A stretch of DNA of 64,000 nt from Gemmatimonadales bacterium (lineage in GTDB: Bacteria > Gemmatimonadota > Gemmatimonadetes > Gemmatimonadales > GWC2-71-9): the NCBI GenBank assembly GCA_037189525.1, contig JBBCJC010000003.1, positions 448,001 through 512,000 on the forward strand, given 5' to 3'. The notes below the pieces were generated by a model that made no database searches, was not told the DNA's origin, and was given only the letters and a program-made list of their open reading frames with translations. A program made the translations under genes and the position numbers. Each line of letters begins with the position of its first letter. Position 1 is the first letter of the stretch. Below, in pieces: positions 51,933-62,015 of this stretch.

Positions 51933-52006
51933 GGGCCCTTAGCTCAGGCGGTTAGAGCAGCGGACTCATAATCCGTAGGTCCTGGGTTCGAATCCCAGAG
52001 GGCCCA
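51933..52006 (+). tRNA. tRNA-Ile2 (CAT anticodon, lysidine type); CCA not encoded
   Basis: Cloverleaf GGGCCCT/AGGGCCC, anticodon loop CTCATAA, TTCGAAT; resembles ileX-type rather than Met tRNAs (isotype less certain than the tRNA call). Confidence 0.9.
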
Positions 52007-52069
52007 TTCGCTTTCCCTCCGCTGCCATCGTTCCTGCGGTGGCAGTTCGTCCCTCGAGATCGATACTGC

Positions 52070-52519
52070 ATGCGTCTCTGGACCGTTCACCCTCGGCATC
52101 TCGATGTGCGTGGCCTGGTGGCGCTCTGGCGGGAAGGTCTGCTGGCGCGGGCCGTGTTCCGGAACGAGACGCGCGGCTACCGCAACCATCCGCAACTCGA
52201 ACGCTTCAAAGCGGCCCGCGATCCGGTCGGAAGCATCAATGCCTACCTGGCGGAGGTGCTCGATGAGTCGGTGCGCCGAGGCTACCGGTTCGACGGCCGC
52301 AAGATCCGGGGTCGGCGAGCTCCGGAGCGCATCGCTGAAACCCGAGGACAGTTGCAGTACGAATGGGGGCACTTGCTTCGCAAGCTCGCAACTCGCGATC
52401 CGGCGGCATTTGCCGCGGCATCTGGGCTGGATCGGCCCGATGCCCACCCGTCATTCCGGATCGTGGCCGGTGGGATACGGGCGTGGGAGCGGACCGAGCC
52501 TGTTGCGCGCGGTGCCTAA
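52070..52519 (+). CDS. Pyrimidine dimer DNA glycosylase / T4 endonuclease V family
   Basis: MRLWTVHP, GLVALWRE, GYRNHPQLERF, RGYRFD, GQLQYEWGHL. Confidence 0.88.
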   Translation: MRLWTVHPRHLDVRGLVALWREGLLARAVFRNETRGYRNHPQLERFKAARDPVGSINAYLAEVLDESVRRGYRFDGRKIRGRRAPERIAETRGQLQYEWGHLLRKLATRDPAAFAAASGLDRPDAHPSFRIVAGGIRAWERTEPVARGA

Positions 52520-52566
52520 CGGAAACGCCGAGCGCCGCCGATCCTGGGGCGACGGTGCCAGCAAGA

Positions 52567-55083
52567 TCACTCGGCGCGGAGCGCCTCGGTGGGCGGGATG
52601 CGTGCCGCTCGGCGGGCGGGGAGGTAGCCGGCGGCCAGCGTAACACCGGCGATGACTGTCGCGGCGCCCGCAAAGGCAACGAGGTCGAAGGAACTGAGGC
52701 CGAACAGGAGTGATTGCGCCGCCCGGCCAATGACCAGCGCTGCTGCCAGGCCGACGATGCCGCCGATGAGCGTCATGATGCCCACCTGGCGAACGACCAG
52801 CGATTGTACCCGCCCCGCGTCGGCGCCGAGCGCGATCCGGACCCCGATTTCCCGGGTGCGGAGCGTTACGTTGTAGGCCAGCACCCCATACAGGCCCACC
52901 GCGGCTAACAGCGTCGCCAGGAACCCGAAGGCTGTGGATAACATCGTGATCATCCGATCGAGGAACACGTTGTCCTGCGCCTGTTGTTCGAGGGTCCTGA
53001 GTTCGGTCACCGGCAGGTCCGGCGCCAGCTTGGTAACGAGCTGCGGCACCGCGCGTATCACCGGGACCGGCGAGCCTTGGCTTCTGGCATAGAACACCAG
53101 CCGGCCCGCCATCGTATCCTGATACACGGCGCGGAAGATCAGCGGCCGCGGATCGGCCTTGACGGCGTCGTAGGCCGCGTTCTGCACCAGCCCGATGATT
53201 TGATACCAGGTGATCTCCGAGCCGCCCCGACGTGACAGACGGTTGCCGAAGGCAACCCGCCGTCCGATCACATCGTTGCCCAGCTTGAATTTCCGGGCGA
53301 ACTCCTCGTTGACGATCGCGACCCGCGGGGCGCCGGCGTCGTCGGCGGTGGTGAACTCCCGACCCATCAGCACGTTGGTGCCGAGCGTCTTGAAGTAGTC
53401 GGGCCCGACCCAGTTGGTGCGGGTGTTGACGTCCGTGTCCGGCGTGACCTCGAAGCCTTCCACGTCGACATCGTTGCCGTTGCTCCACCCGACCAGGATC
53501 GGTACCTGGGCAGAGGTGACGCCCGAGACGCCCGGCACGGCAGCGAGGGCTGTCTCCACCTGTCGAAAGAGATTACGCCGCTCCACCGGCGTGTAACCCA
53601 TCTGCATCGGCGAGAGAGCAAAGGACACCAGGTTCTCGGTCCGGACGCCGAGTTCGACTCGATTGACGTTGACCAGACTGCGGAGGAAGAGACCGGCGGC
53701 ACAGAGCAGCGCCATCGACAGGCCGATCTGCGCGGTGACGAGCCCGCCGCGAAAGCGGGTGGCCCGCCGGGTGCCGGCATTCCGCCCCGCGTTGGCTTTG
53801 ATCACACTCAACAGATCGGCACGGGTGGCCTGGAGTGCGGGGAGCAGGCCGAAGATGAAGGTCGTTCCCAGCGACAGTGCCACCGCAAAGAGCAGCACGG
53901 ATCCGTCCATCCCGAAGTCGATGCTGCGGGTCACCTCGGCCGGCAGGAAGGACACGATCAGACCGAGCGTTACCTTGGCCACGATCAGACTGGTCACTCC
54001 CGCGACGACCGCGAGGATGGCCGATTCCGTCAGCAGCTGCCCGATCAGTTGGCCCCGTTGCGCACCAATCGATGATCGGATGGCCATCTCGGCCGATCGG
54101 TTTGCCGCCCGGGCCAGCAGCAGATTGGCCACGTTGGTGCAGGCGACCAGCAGGACGATACCGGTGACGACGAGGAGCAGGAAAAGCGGGGTGCTGGTCT
54201 GACTGTGCATCGTGCTTTGTCCCTGCGGACCCGGTTCGACCTGCACGACCTTGGCTTTGAACCGATTCATTACGTCGTCGGAGGCGCCGACCAGCTGGGG
54301 CGCTTCGATTTCCCGGACGATGGGCTGATAGATGCTGTTCAGATGGCGGGCCGCTGCTTCGGGTGTGCCGCCGGGCGCGAGCCGGCCGAAGACATAGAGC
54401 CAGTACGTGCTCCGTTGTTCGTAGTCACCGAGCCACCCCGTCAACGTCCGCGACATGGTGATCGGCGCAAAGATCCTCGGCCGGGCTCCCAGTGTGGTGC
54501 CTTCGAACCCCTCGGGCGCAACGCCGACGATCGTCATGGTTTCGCCGTTGACCAGGATGGACTGGTCGAGCACCGTACGATCCGAGCCCAGTTCGTTGGC
54601 CCAATAGCGGTGGCTGAGCACGACCACCGGATGCCCGCCGATGGTGCGATCGTCATCGGGGCCGAGCAGGCGACCCAGGGTGGGGCGGAGGCCGAGCACC
54701 GGGAAGTACGACCCGGAGACGAGCATACCCTCGCCGCTCAGGGTTTTGTTTCGGAACGAGAGATCGGCGCCGATGGCGCGATGCGCCGCCATCCCCGCCA
54801 GCACGGTCTGGCTCTTCTCCAGATCCCGATACATCGGATAGCTGAAGATGATCGCGCAGCTGCCGGCCTGGCTGCAGCTTTGTGAGCCGGGGTTCGGCCC
54901 CTGCGCATGGATGTTGACGAGCTGTGATGGCTGATCGACGGGGAGCGAACGCAGCAGCATCCGCTGAATCAGGGAGAAGATGGCCGTATTGGCGCCGATC
55001 CCGAGGGCCAGCGAGGCAATAGCGACGCCGGTGACGAACGGCGTGCGGACCAGGGTACGGACGGCAAGCTTCAGGTCGGGCAT
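52567..55083 (-). CDS. Duplicated MacB/FtsX-type ABC permease (ADOP-like)
   Basis: LALGIGANTAIFS, LLVACTNVANLLLAR, TREIGVRIALGA, PARRAARI. Confidence 0.93.
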   Translation of the reverse strand: MPDLKLAVRTLVRTPFVTGVAIASLALGIGANTAIFSLIQRMLLRSLPVDQPSQLVNIHAQGPNPGSQSCSQAGSCAIIFSYPMYRDLEKSQTVLAGMAAHRAIGADLSFRNKTLSGEGMLVSGSYFPVLGLRPTLGRLLGPDDDRTIGGHPVVVLSHRYWANELGSDRTVLDQSILVNGETMTIVGVAPEGFEGTTLGARPRIFAPITMSRTLTGWLGDYEQRSTYWLYVFGRLAPGGTPEAAARHLNSIYQPIVREIEAPQLVGASDDVMNRFKAKVVQVEPGPQGQSTMHSQTSTPLFLLLVVTGIVLLVACTNVANLLLARAANRSAEMAIRSSIGAQRGQLIGQLLTESAILAVVAGVTSLIVAKVTLGLIVSFLPAEVTRSIDFGMDGSVLLFAVALSLGTTFIFGLLPALQATRADLLSVIKANAGRNAGTRRATRFRGGLVTAQIGLSMALLCAAGLFLRSLVNVNRVELGVRTENLVSFALSPMQMGYTPVERRNLFRQVETALAAVPGVSGVTSAQVPILVGWSNGNDVDVEGFEVTPDTDVNTRTNWVGPDYFKTLGTNVLMGREFTTADDAGAPRVAIVNEEFARKFKLGNDVIGRRVAFGNRLSRRGGSEITWYQIIGLVQNAAYDAVKADPRPLIFRAVYQDTMAGRLVFYARSQGSPVPVIRAVPQLVTKLAPDLPVTELRTLEQQAQDNVFLDRMITMLSTAFGFLATLLAAVGLYGVLAYNVTLRTREIGVRIALGADAGRVQSLVVRQVGIMTLIGGIVGLAAALVIGRAAQSLLFGLSSFDLVAFAGAATVIAGVTLAAGYLPARRAARIPPTEALRAE

Positions 55084-55164
55084 GGGCTACCTGGCAGCGG
55101 AGTGGGTAAGTCTGACTCCGCTTTTAGACTCCATGCCCGTCGAAAACGTTGCTTGCGGCTGACC

Positions 55165-55668
55165 TCAGCTTGGTGGCTTGACCGTCACCACCGAAATGCG
55201 GGTGATTTGGCGGACCCAGCGGGCGCCCCGCTTCTCTTCGGCAACCACCAGGCGCCACGGTCCGGTGGCGGGGCCTAGCGGTTTCCCGTTCATTCGGTCG
55301 ACCAGGAGGACCTGCTTCTCACGAAACGCCGAGTCGAGTTCGGCCAGGGCAAAGACCGCCTGGTAGCCGTCCCGGGCCTCGACCATAACGACCTGCGCCA
55401 GACGCGGACCCCGAATCGTGTGACCCATGAGGACCCCGGCGAGTTTGAGGACCTCCGTCAGGTCGACTCCCTCGTACAGGGCGCCGGGCCCGCCGCCGCT
55501 CGCGGTGACTTCGTGCCGGGGGAGCGCCGCCAGATCCTTGGCGGTCACGGTGATCGGGTTCGGCACCTCTCCCCCGATCGTGATACTGGCCTCCTGGGCT
55601 CGGACCGGCATGGCCGTCAGCCAGAGGGTGGCGGCGGTAGCGATCGACCGGACGATGGCACGTTGCAT
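55165..55668 (-). CDS. Small secreted molybdopterin-binding oxidoreductase-like protein
   Basis: Signal peptide, YEGV, ARDGY, GPWRLVV, RWVRQI. Confidence 0.8.
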   Translation of the reverse strand: MQRAIVRSIATAATLWLTAMPVRAQEASITIGGEVPNPITVTAKDLAALPRHEVTASGGGPGALYEGVDLTEVLKLAGVLMGHTIRGPRLAQVVMVEARDGYQAVFALAELDSAFREKQVLLVDRMNGKPLGPATGPWRLVVAEEKRGARWVRQITRISVVTVKPPS

Positions 55669-55794
55669 CGGTGTATTCCCAGGCAAATTGGAGGAGATCG
55701 GGACGACAAGGAGAGAGTAACCCTCGGCCTCGCTTGACCGCAATGCGCGGTACCGGCATACTCCGCCCGCCTGCGGGACCAATCCCGTTCGGGC

Positions 55795-57069
55795 ATGCCA
55801 TTTCGAGGTGTTGACGCCGTGATTCTAGAACCCGCTGATATTCTGGCCGCTCGCGATCGCCTTCGCGATGCGGTACTCCGTACCCCTTGTGTTGCTTCCC
55901 CGGCGCTGAGCGCGCTGACGGGGGCCCAAGTCCATCTCAAACTCGAGTACCTCCAGCGCACTGGCAGTTTCAAAGAGCGGGGCGCCTGCAACGCGCTGCT
56001 CCTGCTCGATGAGGCGACCCGACGCCGCGGGGTGATTGCCGCATCGGCCGGGAACCACGCGCTGGCCCTGGCCTATCATGGAAAGCGACTGGGTATTCCG
56101 GTCACGGTGGTCATGCCGGTGCATGCACCGCTGATCAAGCAGGCTCGTTGTCGCGCGATGGGGGCGGAGGTCATCCTGATGGGTGATACCATCGCCGACG
56201 CCAAGGTCGAGGCCGAGCGGATCCTGTCGACGCGAGGCCTGACGTATATCCACGGCTTCGATGGCCTCGAGGTGATTGCCGGGCAGGGGACCGTCGGACT
56301 CGAGATTGCCGAGCAGGTGCCCGATGCCGATGCCATCGTCTGTCCGATCGGCGGCGGAGGACTGATTGCCGGGATTGCGCTCGGTCTGGATGCGGTTGGT
56401 CTGCAACCGGAACTGATCGGGGTCGAGCCGGCGCGAGCCGCCAGCTACGAAGCGGCCCTGGCCGCGGGCGCGCCCGTCCGGATTGCCGTCAGCCCGACGC
56501 TGGCCGATGGTCTGGCCGTGCCAGAGGTGGGGCACAACGCTTTTGCGATCGCCAAGGATCGGGTGCGGCGGGTGGTCACCGTCGAGGAACGGAGTCTGGC
56601 CTTGGCCGTGCTCCGTCTGGCCGAACTCGAAAAGGGCGTGGTCGAAGGGGCTGGAGCATCACCGCTTGCTGCGCTGATCGAGGGCCGCCTGCCGGATCTG
56701 GTCGGGAAGCGGGTGGTGCTGGTTCTCTGCGGCGGGAATATCGACCCCGCGGTGCTCTGCCGGGTCATCGAGTTCGGCCTGGTGGCCGACAGCCGATTGG
56801 TGCAGTTCGTAGCGGTGATCTCGGATCGTCCGGGCGGGATGGCGGAGTTTGCCACCGTGGTGGCGTCAGTCGGCGCCAGCATCAAGCAGGTCGAGCACGA
56901 CCGCGCCTTCGGGAGTGCCGACGTGTCGCGGGTGCGGGTGCTGTCGACGATCGAGATCCGCGATGCAGAGCACCGGGATCGTCTGTTCGACGCGCTGCGC
57001 AAGAAGGGAATCGATGTCGAGCCGACCGCCTTTCAGGCTGGCGAGGTTGCCGCCGTGGGCCGCGACTAG
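55795..57069 (+). CDS. ilvA: Threonine ammonia-lyase with a C-terminal ACT domain; start may be GTG 55819
   Basis: LQRTGSFKERGA, SAGNHA, GQGT, IGGGGL, TLADG, CGGNID, DRPG. Confidence 0.93.
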   Translation: MPFRGVDAVILEPADILAARDRLRDAVLRTPCVASPALSALTGAQVHLKLEYLQRTGSFKERGACNALLLLDEATRRRGVIAASAGNHALALAYHGKRLGIPVTVVMPVHAPLIKQARCRAMGAEVILMGDTIADAKVEAERILSTRGLTYIHGFDGLEVIAGQGTVGLEIAEQVPDADAIVCPIGGGGLIAGIALGLDAVGLQPELIGVEPARAASYEAALAAGAPVRIAVSPTLADGLAVPEVGHNAFAIAKDRVRRVVTVEERSLALAVLRLAELEKGVVEGAGASPLAALIEGRLPDLVGKRVVLVLCGGNIDPAVLCRVIEFGLVADSRLVQFVAVISDRPGGMAEFATVVASVGASIKQVEHDRAFGSADVSRVRVLSTIEIRDAEHRDRLFDALRKKGIDVEPTAFQAGEVAAVGRD

Positions 57070-57256
57070 GGCCACATTCTTGATGAGGATCGACTTTGGT
57101 CGGGTCGCTGGTCGGGCATTGAGCCAAGCCCAAGCATCGTTAAGCCCGCAGGCGAGTAGGCACAGAGCTAGTATGCTGACCTCTCCTACGGGCACTCTCG
57201 AGATTGGCTCGTCTTCAAGCTGATTGACCGGTCTTTCGCGAAGTCAGCATCGGTCG

Positions 57257-58495
57257 TCAGATGCCAATCAGGCCGTGAGAGCGAAGACGAGCGAGGAGCG
57301 TGTTTAGGGTTGCTCGTGCTTCGACGTCGACCGTTGTGCCGCCGCTGACATTTGGAACCGGCGCGCCTTGTGGTCCGACAACTTGGGTCCCTGCTACTCG
57401 AAATGCGGAACCCTGAACAGTGCCGACGACCTCAAATCGATCGTTGTAGGTGTCGATGCGGACATCTGTGTAAGTAACGTCGTCGCCATACCGAACGAAT
57501 GAGACGGTGCCGTCACGGAAGAAGCGTGCAATATGGTTGCCTACGTTGCCGCTATTGGTCACAGTAGATCCGTTACCCCATACGTTCGTGAGACCAAGAC
57601 TACAGGCAGTTGTGCCTGACAGGAACTCGAAATCGACGGCGCCACCAAAGAGGTTCCCTACAAATGTCGCGTTGGCCCACCCAACGATGACGTCATTCAG
57701 AATCCGGCAACTCGTCGTAGAGCCACCGTTGCCGCCTGGGGGAGTCGCACCGCTATCTAGAATACTCAGCTTCCCAAAAACCGAGTCAGCGACGACTTGG
57801 CTGCCGCAGTCGACAAATTTGACTCCACCCGTCGACTGGCCAGTCCGAATTCCGACGATTCGATGTTCGAGTGTCATCGTTCCAGGGTTGCCGATGTAGA
57901 TGTCCCATCCTGTCGCAGTTGGGTCTGCGGTTTGATAGATGTTGGATTGGCCCTCGATGATCACGCGTGCACCTGTTGCTCGTACTGCGTGGCCGAACGC
58001 CCATACGGAGCCGCAATGGAGGAGTTGCGGTCGCTGGCCGTTGAGCACAATGTTATCACCAGTGAATACTGGTGTCGCAGCCTCTCCTCGGAATTCGAGG
58101 CCGAAGACCTGTACGTCGTCACCAGAGGATGTCAGTATTGCTCCGTTACCGTTTTTGATCAAACTCGCTCGGCCAATTCCATATAATTTTTGACTATTCG
58201 TGGTCTGTGTCAGTCCAACGCAACAGTATGTCCCTGCAGGGAAAAACACGGGTCTGCCTGTGTTGATCGCAGTTTGAATAGCTAAGGTATCGTCTGCAAT
58301 TCCGTTCCCAACCGCCCCATAGTCCTGCGGTCGTACCCAGTCGAACGAATGTAGGAACCCGGGAAAGTCACCGTCAGGGTCCAGGCCTGAAAGAGTTAGT
58401 AGTGTTTTCAGGGCTCGGTTGAGAGTGTCAGGGAGGGTGGCATGGCCTTCGCCTACCATTGGCTCGGTGCTATGGATGTAGTCTAGGGTTGTCAT
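57257..58495 (-). CDS. Pectate_lyase_3-like beta-helix protein, phage tailspike/fibre-like
   Basis: DYGAVGNGIADDTLAIQTAIN...FPAGTY; G/N/T-rich beta-helix; C-terminal GGTTVDVEARATLNTLLARLRSHGLI; RBS gggaga before ATG 58495; low GC. Confidence 0.8.
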   Translation of the reverse strand: MTTLDYIHSTEPMVGEGHATLPDTLNRALKTLLTLSGLDPDGDFPGFLHSFDWVRPQDYGAVGNGIADDTLAIQTAINTGRPVFFPAGTYCCVGLTQTTNSQKLYGIGRASLIKNGNGAILTSSGDDVQVFGLEFRGEAATPVFTGDNIVLNGQRPQLLHCGSVWAFGHAVRATGARVIIEGQSNIYQTADPTATGWDIYIGNPGTMTLEHRIVGIRTGQSTGGVKFVDCGSQVVADSVFGKLSILDSGATPPGGNGGSTTSCRILNDVIVGWANATFVGNLFGGAVDFEFLSGTTACSLGLTNVWGNGSTVTNSGNVGNHIARFFRDGTVSFVRYGDDVTYTDVRIDTYNDRFEVVGTVQGSAFRVAGTQVVGPQGAPVPNVSGGTTVDVEARATLNTLLARLRSHGLIGI

Positions 58496-59208
58496 GGGCT
58501 TCTCCCTGTTGTTGGTCGAGATCCGACGGCGGCAGTATTCCGTAAGCTTAGCAAGGTCCGTTCTGAATCTATCCCAATCAGACAATGACGTATTTGGCGC
58601 TCACTCGTAGTCAATGTCCTTCACAAAAACGGACTATTCGGGACTGGGGGCTTTGTCAGTAGCATCGTAGGATATGCTTCTCCACGTTCCCCGGATCGTT
58701 AAGGCCACCGAGGCAGAGGATTGCCTACATGTTGAGCGACATAGGCGGTCTCAGTTGGTGGGAACTGACGATGGCGTAGCGTGGGACACGGTGGGAGACG
58801 ATTGACAATCGGACCTGGACACAGGTGTCGGCCGCAAATGGGCTCATGTTCATGGACCCGCTGGTCTGAGTCGAGGGGCTCGCATATCGAAGCTTTGTCT
58901 CCTGCCCGGTGGCTGGTATAGACGGCGTCGGGTAGGGGGCCATCCAGCGACGGCCAGGTATCATGAGTTGCCGGGAACAATGAGGGATCGGTGCTCTCGA
59001 ATTCCTCCCGCCGATCTCACAAGGTTCCGGGACTGGCGGGGACAGTGGATGGAGTGGTTGCCAAGCTCCGATCACTCGTCCGTCGATGCCAGCGCCGTTC
59101 ACTGTGGTCTAGACTTGCCTGGAGCTTCTGGATCGACTCACACGGCTTCAGTCGGGGGGCGGAGCATCTGAATGACTTGTCATCATTCCAGCACTACCAT
59201 GGAAAGAC

Positions 59209-59237
59209 GCCCCTCGCATCGTCTCGAGGCGAGGGGC
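59209..59237 (-). terminator. Hairpin downstream of tRNA-Val
   Basis: GCCCCTCGC...GCGAGGGGC 9-bp stem followed by gtcttt on the minus strand. Confidence 0.55.
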
Positions 59238-59270
59238 AATAACTGCTATCGTTGCTTGTAGTTGGAAGAG

Positions 59271-59344
59271 TGGGCGGTGAGGGGATCGAACCCCCGACCT
59301 CTGGTATGTGAGACCAGCGCTCTAACCGGCTGAGCTAACCGCCC
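59271..59344 (-). tRNA. tRNA-Val (CAC); CCA not encoded
   Basis: Minus strand GGGCGGTTAGCTCAGCCGGTTAGAGCGCTGGTCTCACATACCAG...TTCGATCCCCTCACCGCCCA. Confidence 0.96.
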
Positions 59345-59412
59345 GTGCGGGGGCATAGTCTAATCGTAACGAGCCCGGTCGGGCAAGCAGTATTCCCCGA
59401 ATCACGACCAAG

Positions 59413-60450
59413 TCAGATCAGCCCCCCGCGGCGGAGATGGCCAATGGCATCGTGCTCGCTATCGTAGGCCCGGAGGACCTCGGCCGGCGCCACCGTCGCC
59501 ACCCCCGCCTTGGCGACCTCGAGCCCCGCCGCATAGTTGGCCAGGTACGCGGCTTCTTCCACAGTGGCCCCAGCCGCGAGCGCTACAGCTACCCAGGCCG
59601 TGACCGTGTCGCCGGCGCCGGAGACGTCGAACACCTCGCGGGCCCGGCTCGGGATCTTGCGCGGCGGGCCGGCGGGCGTGCTGAGGATCATGCCTTCCGC
59701 GCCGAGCGTTACCAGTAGATGCTCGACGGCAAGGCGATCCCTGGCGGCGGCGAGGGCGCCGGGCTCCACCGCGACATTCACCTCCGCGCCAAGCGCCGCC
59801 TCCAACTCGCGGCGGTTGGGCTTGAACACCGTCGCCCCGCGGTACTCGAAGAAGTGATGGTATTTGGGGTCGACCACGATCGGAATGGACCGGCGCCGCG
59901 CCGCCTCGATGGCCCGACGAATCAGGCTCGGCGTCAGCGTCCCCTTGTTGTAGTCCTCGAGCACCAGCGCATCGGCCGAGGCGAGCAGTGCCTCCACCGC
60001 GGTCCACAACTTCTCGGTGTCCGAGTCGTCGAGCGGACGATCCGACTCCTCATCGATGCGGACCACCTGCTGTCCGCGAGCCACGACCCGCGTCTTGGTG
60101 GTGGTAGGCCGATCCGTCACTTCGACGAGATAGTCGTCGGCAAGGTTCGACGTGGCCAGTTCGGCTCGGATCTGATTGGCATGCGCGTCGGCGCCCACCG
60201 CTCCCGTCAGCAATGCCTGGCTGCCGAGGGCGACGATGTTGGCCGCCACGTTGGCCGCGCCGCCCAACGCCGACCGGCTGCTGCGCACCGTGACCACCGG
60301 TACCGGCGCCTCGGGCGAGAGACGATCCGTATCGCCGATCAGGTACCGGTCCAGCATCACGTCGCCGATGACGACCACTTGGCGGCCGGCCATGGCGTCG
60401 AGGAGCGAGGTGACACGGTCGCGGGGCAGGACGGGCAGGGTGGCGGTCAT
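59413..60450 (-). CDS. hldA: D-glycero-D-manno-heptose-7-phosphate kinase (stand-alone RfaE domain I)
   Basis: GDVMLDRY, RLSPEAPVPV, GGAANVA, DYNKG, VDPK, KPN, DVSGAGDT. Confidence 0.93.
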   Translation of the reverse strand: MTATLPVLPRDRVTSLLDAMAGRQVVVIGDVMLDRYLIGDTDRLSPEAPVPVVTVRSSRSALGGAANVAANIVALGSQALLTGAVGADAHANQIRAELATSNLADDYLVEVTDRPTTTKTRVVARGQQVVRIDEESDRPLDDSDTEKLWTAVEALLASADALVLEDYNKGTLTPSLIRRAIEAARRRSIPIVVDPKYHHFFEYRGATVFKPNRRELEAALGAEVNVAVEPGALAAARDRLAVEHLLVTLGAEGMILSTPAGPPRKIPSRAREVFDVSGAGDTVTAWVAVALAAGATVEEAAYLANYAAGLEVAKAGVATVAPAEVLRAYDSEHDAIGHLRRGGLI

Positions 60451-61973
60451 CGAACGGGTCCTTGGTGCGAGATACCGATCGTGGCTCTGATCCGGGCTTC
60501 GAAGCGATTGCGATCGAGCCCGCGGATGTGATCGGCGTTTTTGGTCATGAAGTATCCGCCGGTGCCGCTCAGCTGCAGGATCCCGACGCCGCCGGACACG
60601 GTGGCGCCCAGCCGCACGGTGGTGGCAGGCTGGCCGAGGAAGAGCTCCGGCGTGTTCGGCAGCTCCGCATTGGTCGGGAAGGGCGTCGTGATCCTGCCCT
60701 CGCCCTGCTTGAGGATGGTGACATCCGGCCGAACCAGCCACTGCTCCATCACCGGAAATGCCAGGCTGGCGCCGACGGTCAATTGATCCGGAAAGTTGGG
60801 GCCGATCCCCAAGCCCCGGTCGAGAAAGCTCTGGGTCGAGTCGATCGTCCGGTAGGCCAGACTGTTGATCACGCTGAAGTGGGTCCGGAGCGATGCGGAG
60901 CTGCCGATGGCCAGGGTGGCTGCCCCGGTCATGGCCCAGCGTCCCGGATGCTTCGGTTCGCCGGTTCCGTCGGGGTCATCGCGCAGCCGCCAGCGATCGT
61001 CGATCATGACCTGGCCTTCGAGCAGGAGACCATCGACCGGGCGCCAGGCCATGTCGCCGCCGATGATCGTGTTCCGCGTATCGGGCAGACCTTGCTGAAT
61101 CGGAAAGGACAGCATCACGAACGGATTCCGGAAGGTCGGGTCGAACGACTGATCTTCGCTGGCCAGGATCCCGGTTTCCCAAAGGGCCAGATTGAGTCGC
61201 TTGGTGAGCCGGACGTTGAGCCGATGGGCCAGGAAGTACCGCTTATGCTGCGCCCCGGAAATCGACTCCATTCCGTTGAGTTGGGTGGCCACCACGTTGA
61301 ACTGGAAGTCGCGGAACATCAGGTCGAAGCCCAGTTCGGTGCGCGGATAGGCATAGTCGGCAATCGACAGGCCCAGCGAACCAACCGGTCCCCAATTGCG
61401 ACTCATCTGCCCGAAGTGGAGCCGGGCGCGTTCGAACTGGGCGGATAGATAGCCTTCGACGAACCGATAGGCCTGGTTCTTCCGGTTTTGGAGGGCGCCC
61501 CCGGTCCAGTCGGGGTCGACCTTGAGCCGGTTTTCGGCCGCCGGGCGGCTCGCAATCACCACCGGCCCGAACCGGCCCTGGATGGGCGCCTCGGCGTAGA
61601 ATCGCGCCCCGCCGTCACCGGCGGGATGCAGCAGGTCGCGTCGGCCCTGGCTGAAGGCGTCGATACCCCCGCGGATTTCGCCGCGGACCCAGTTGGTCTC
61701 CTCCGGGTCCGCAAATGCCCGGGTCAGCCGCTCGGCGACTCGGCCGGAAGGCGAAGCGGGGTCGAGGGCGGCCTGTTCGATGGCGTGGAGCAAGTCCGAA
61801 CGCCGGAAGGGGCGGTACATCGGGCTCGGGTCCACAATATCGCCTCTGGCAATCAGATACTCGGCCAGGGGGAGGAGCGGATGATCGAGCGGGATATATG
61901 GCGATGGCCGAGCTTGCGCCATCAGGGCAGGCGTGGCCGTGAGGGCCAGCAGAAAGATCAGGAGTGTGCGCAC
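60447..61973 (-). CDS. Outer-membrane beta-barrel protein, capsule assembly Wzi-like
   Basis: Signal peptide, YIPLDH, RNWGP, HRLNVR, ET...NP, alternating beta-strand pattern. Confidence 0.7.
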   Translation of the reverse strand: MRTLLIFLLALTATPALMAQARPSPYIPLDHPLLPLAEYLIARGDIVDPSPMYRPFRRSDLLHAIEQAALDPASPSGRVAERLTRAFADPEETNWVRGEIRGGIDAFSQGRRDLLHPAGDGGARFYAEAPIQGRFGPVVIASRPAAENRLKVDPDWTGGALQNRKNQAYRFVEGYLSAQFERARLHFGQMSRNWGPVGSLGLSIADYAYPRTELGFDLMFRDFQFNVVATQLNGMESISGAQHKRYFLAHRLNVRLTKRLNLALWETGILASEDQSFDPTFRNPFVMLSFPIQQGLPDTRNTIIGGDMAWRPVDGLLLEGQVMIDDRWRLRDDPDGTGEPKHPGRWAMTGAATLAIGSSASLRTHFSVINSLAYRTIDSTQSFLDRGLGIGPNFPDQLTVGASLAFPVMEQWLVRPDVTILKQGEGRITTPFPTNAELPNTPELFLGQPATTVRLGATVSGGVGILQLSGTGGYFMTKNADHIRGLDRNRFEARIRATIGISHQGPVR

Positions 61974-62015
61974 CTCGGGAATCTACACCGGCGACCCGCT
62001 ATGTTTCCCGCGCCT

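Noticed and set aside
51933..52006. tRNA with CAT anticodon read as initiator tRNA-fMet
   Set aside because: It has a paired G1-C72 and lacks three consecutive G-C pairs in the anticodon stem; the sequence resembles Ile2
57070..59270. Intact prophage or integrative element at tRNA-Val
   Set aside because: No integrase, att duplication or structural gene set; only one cargo-like gene
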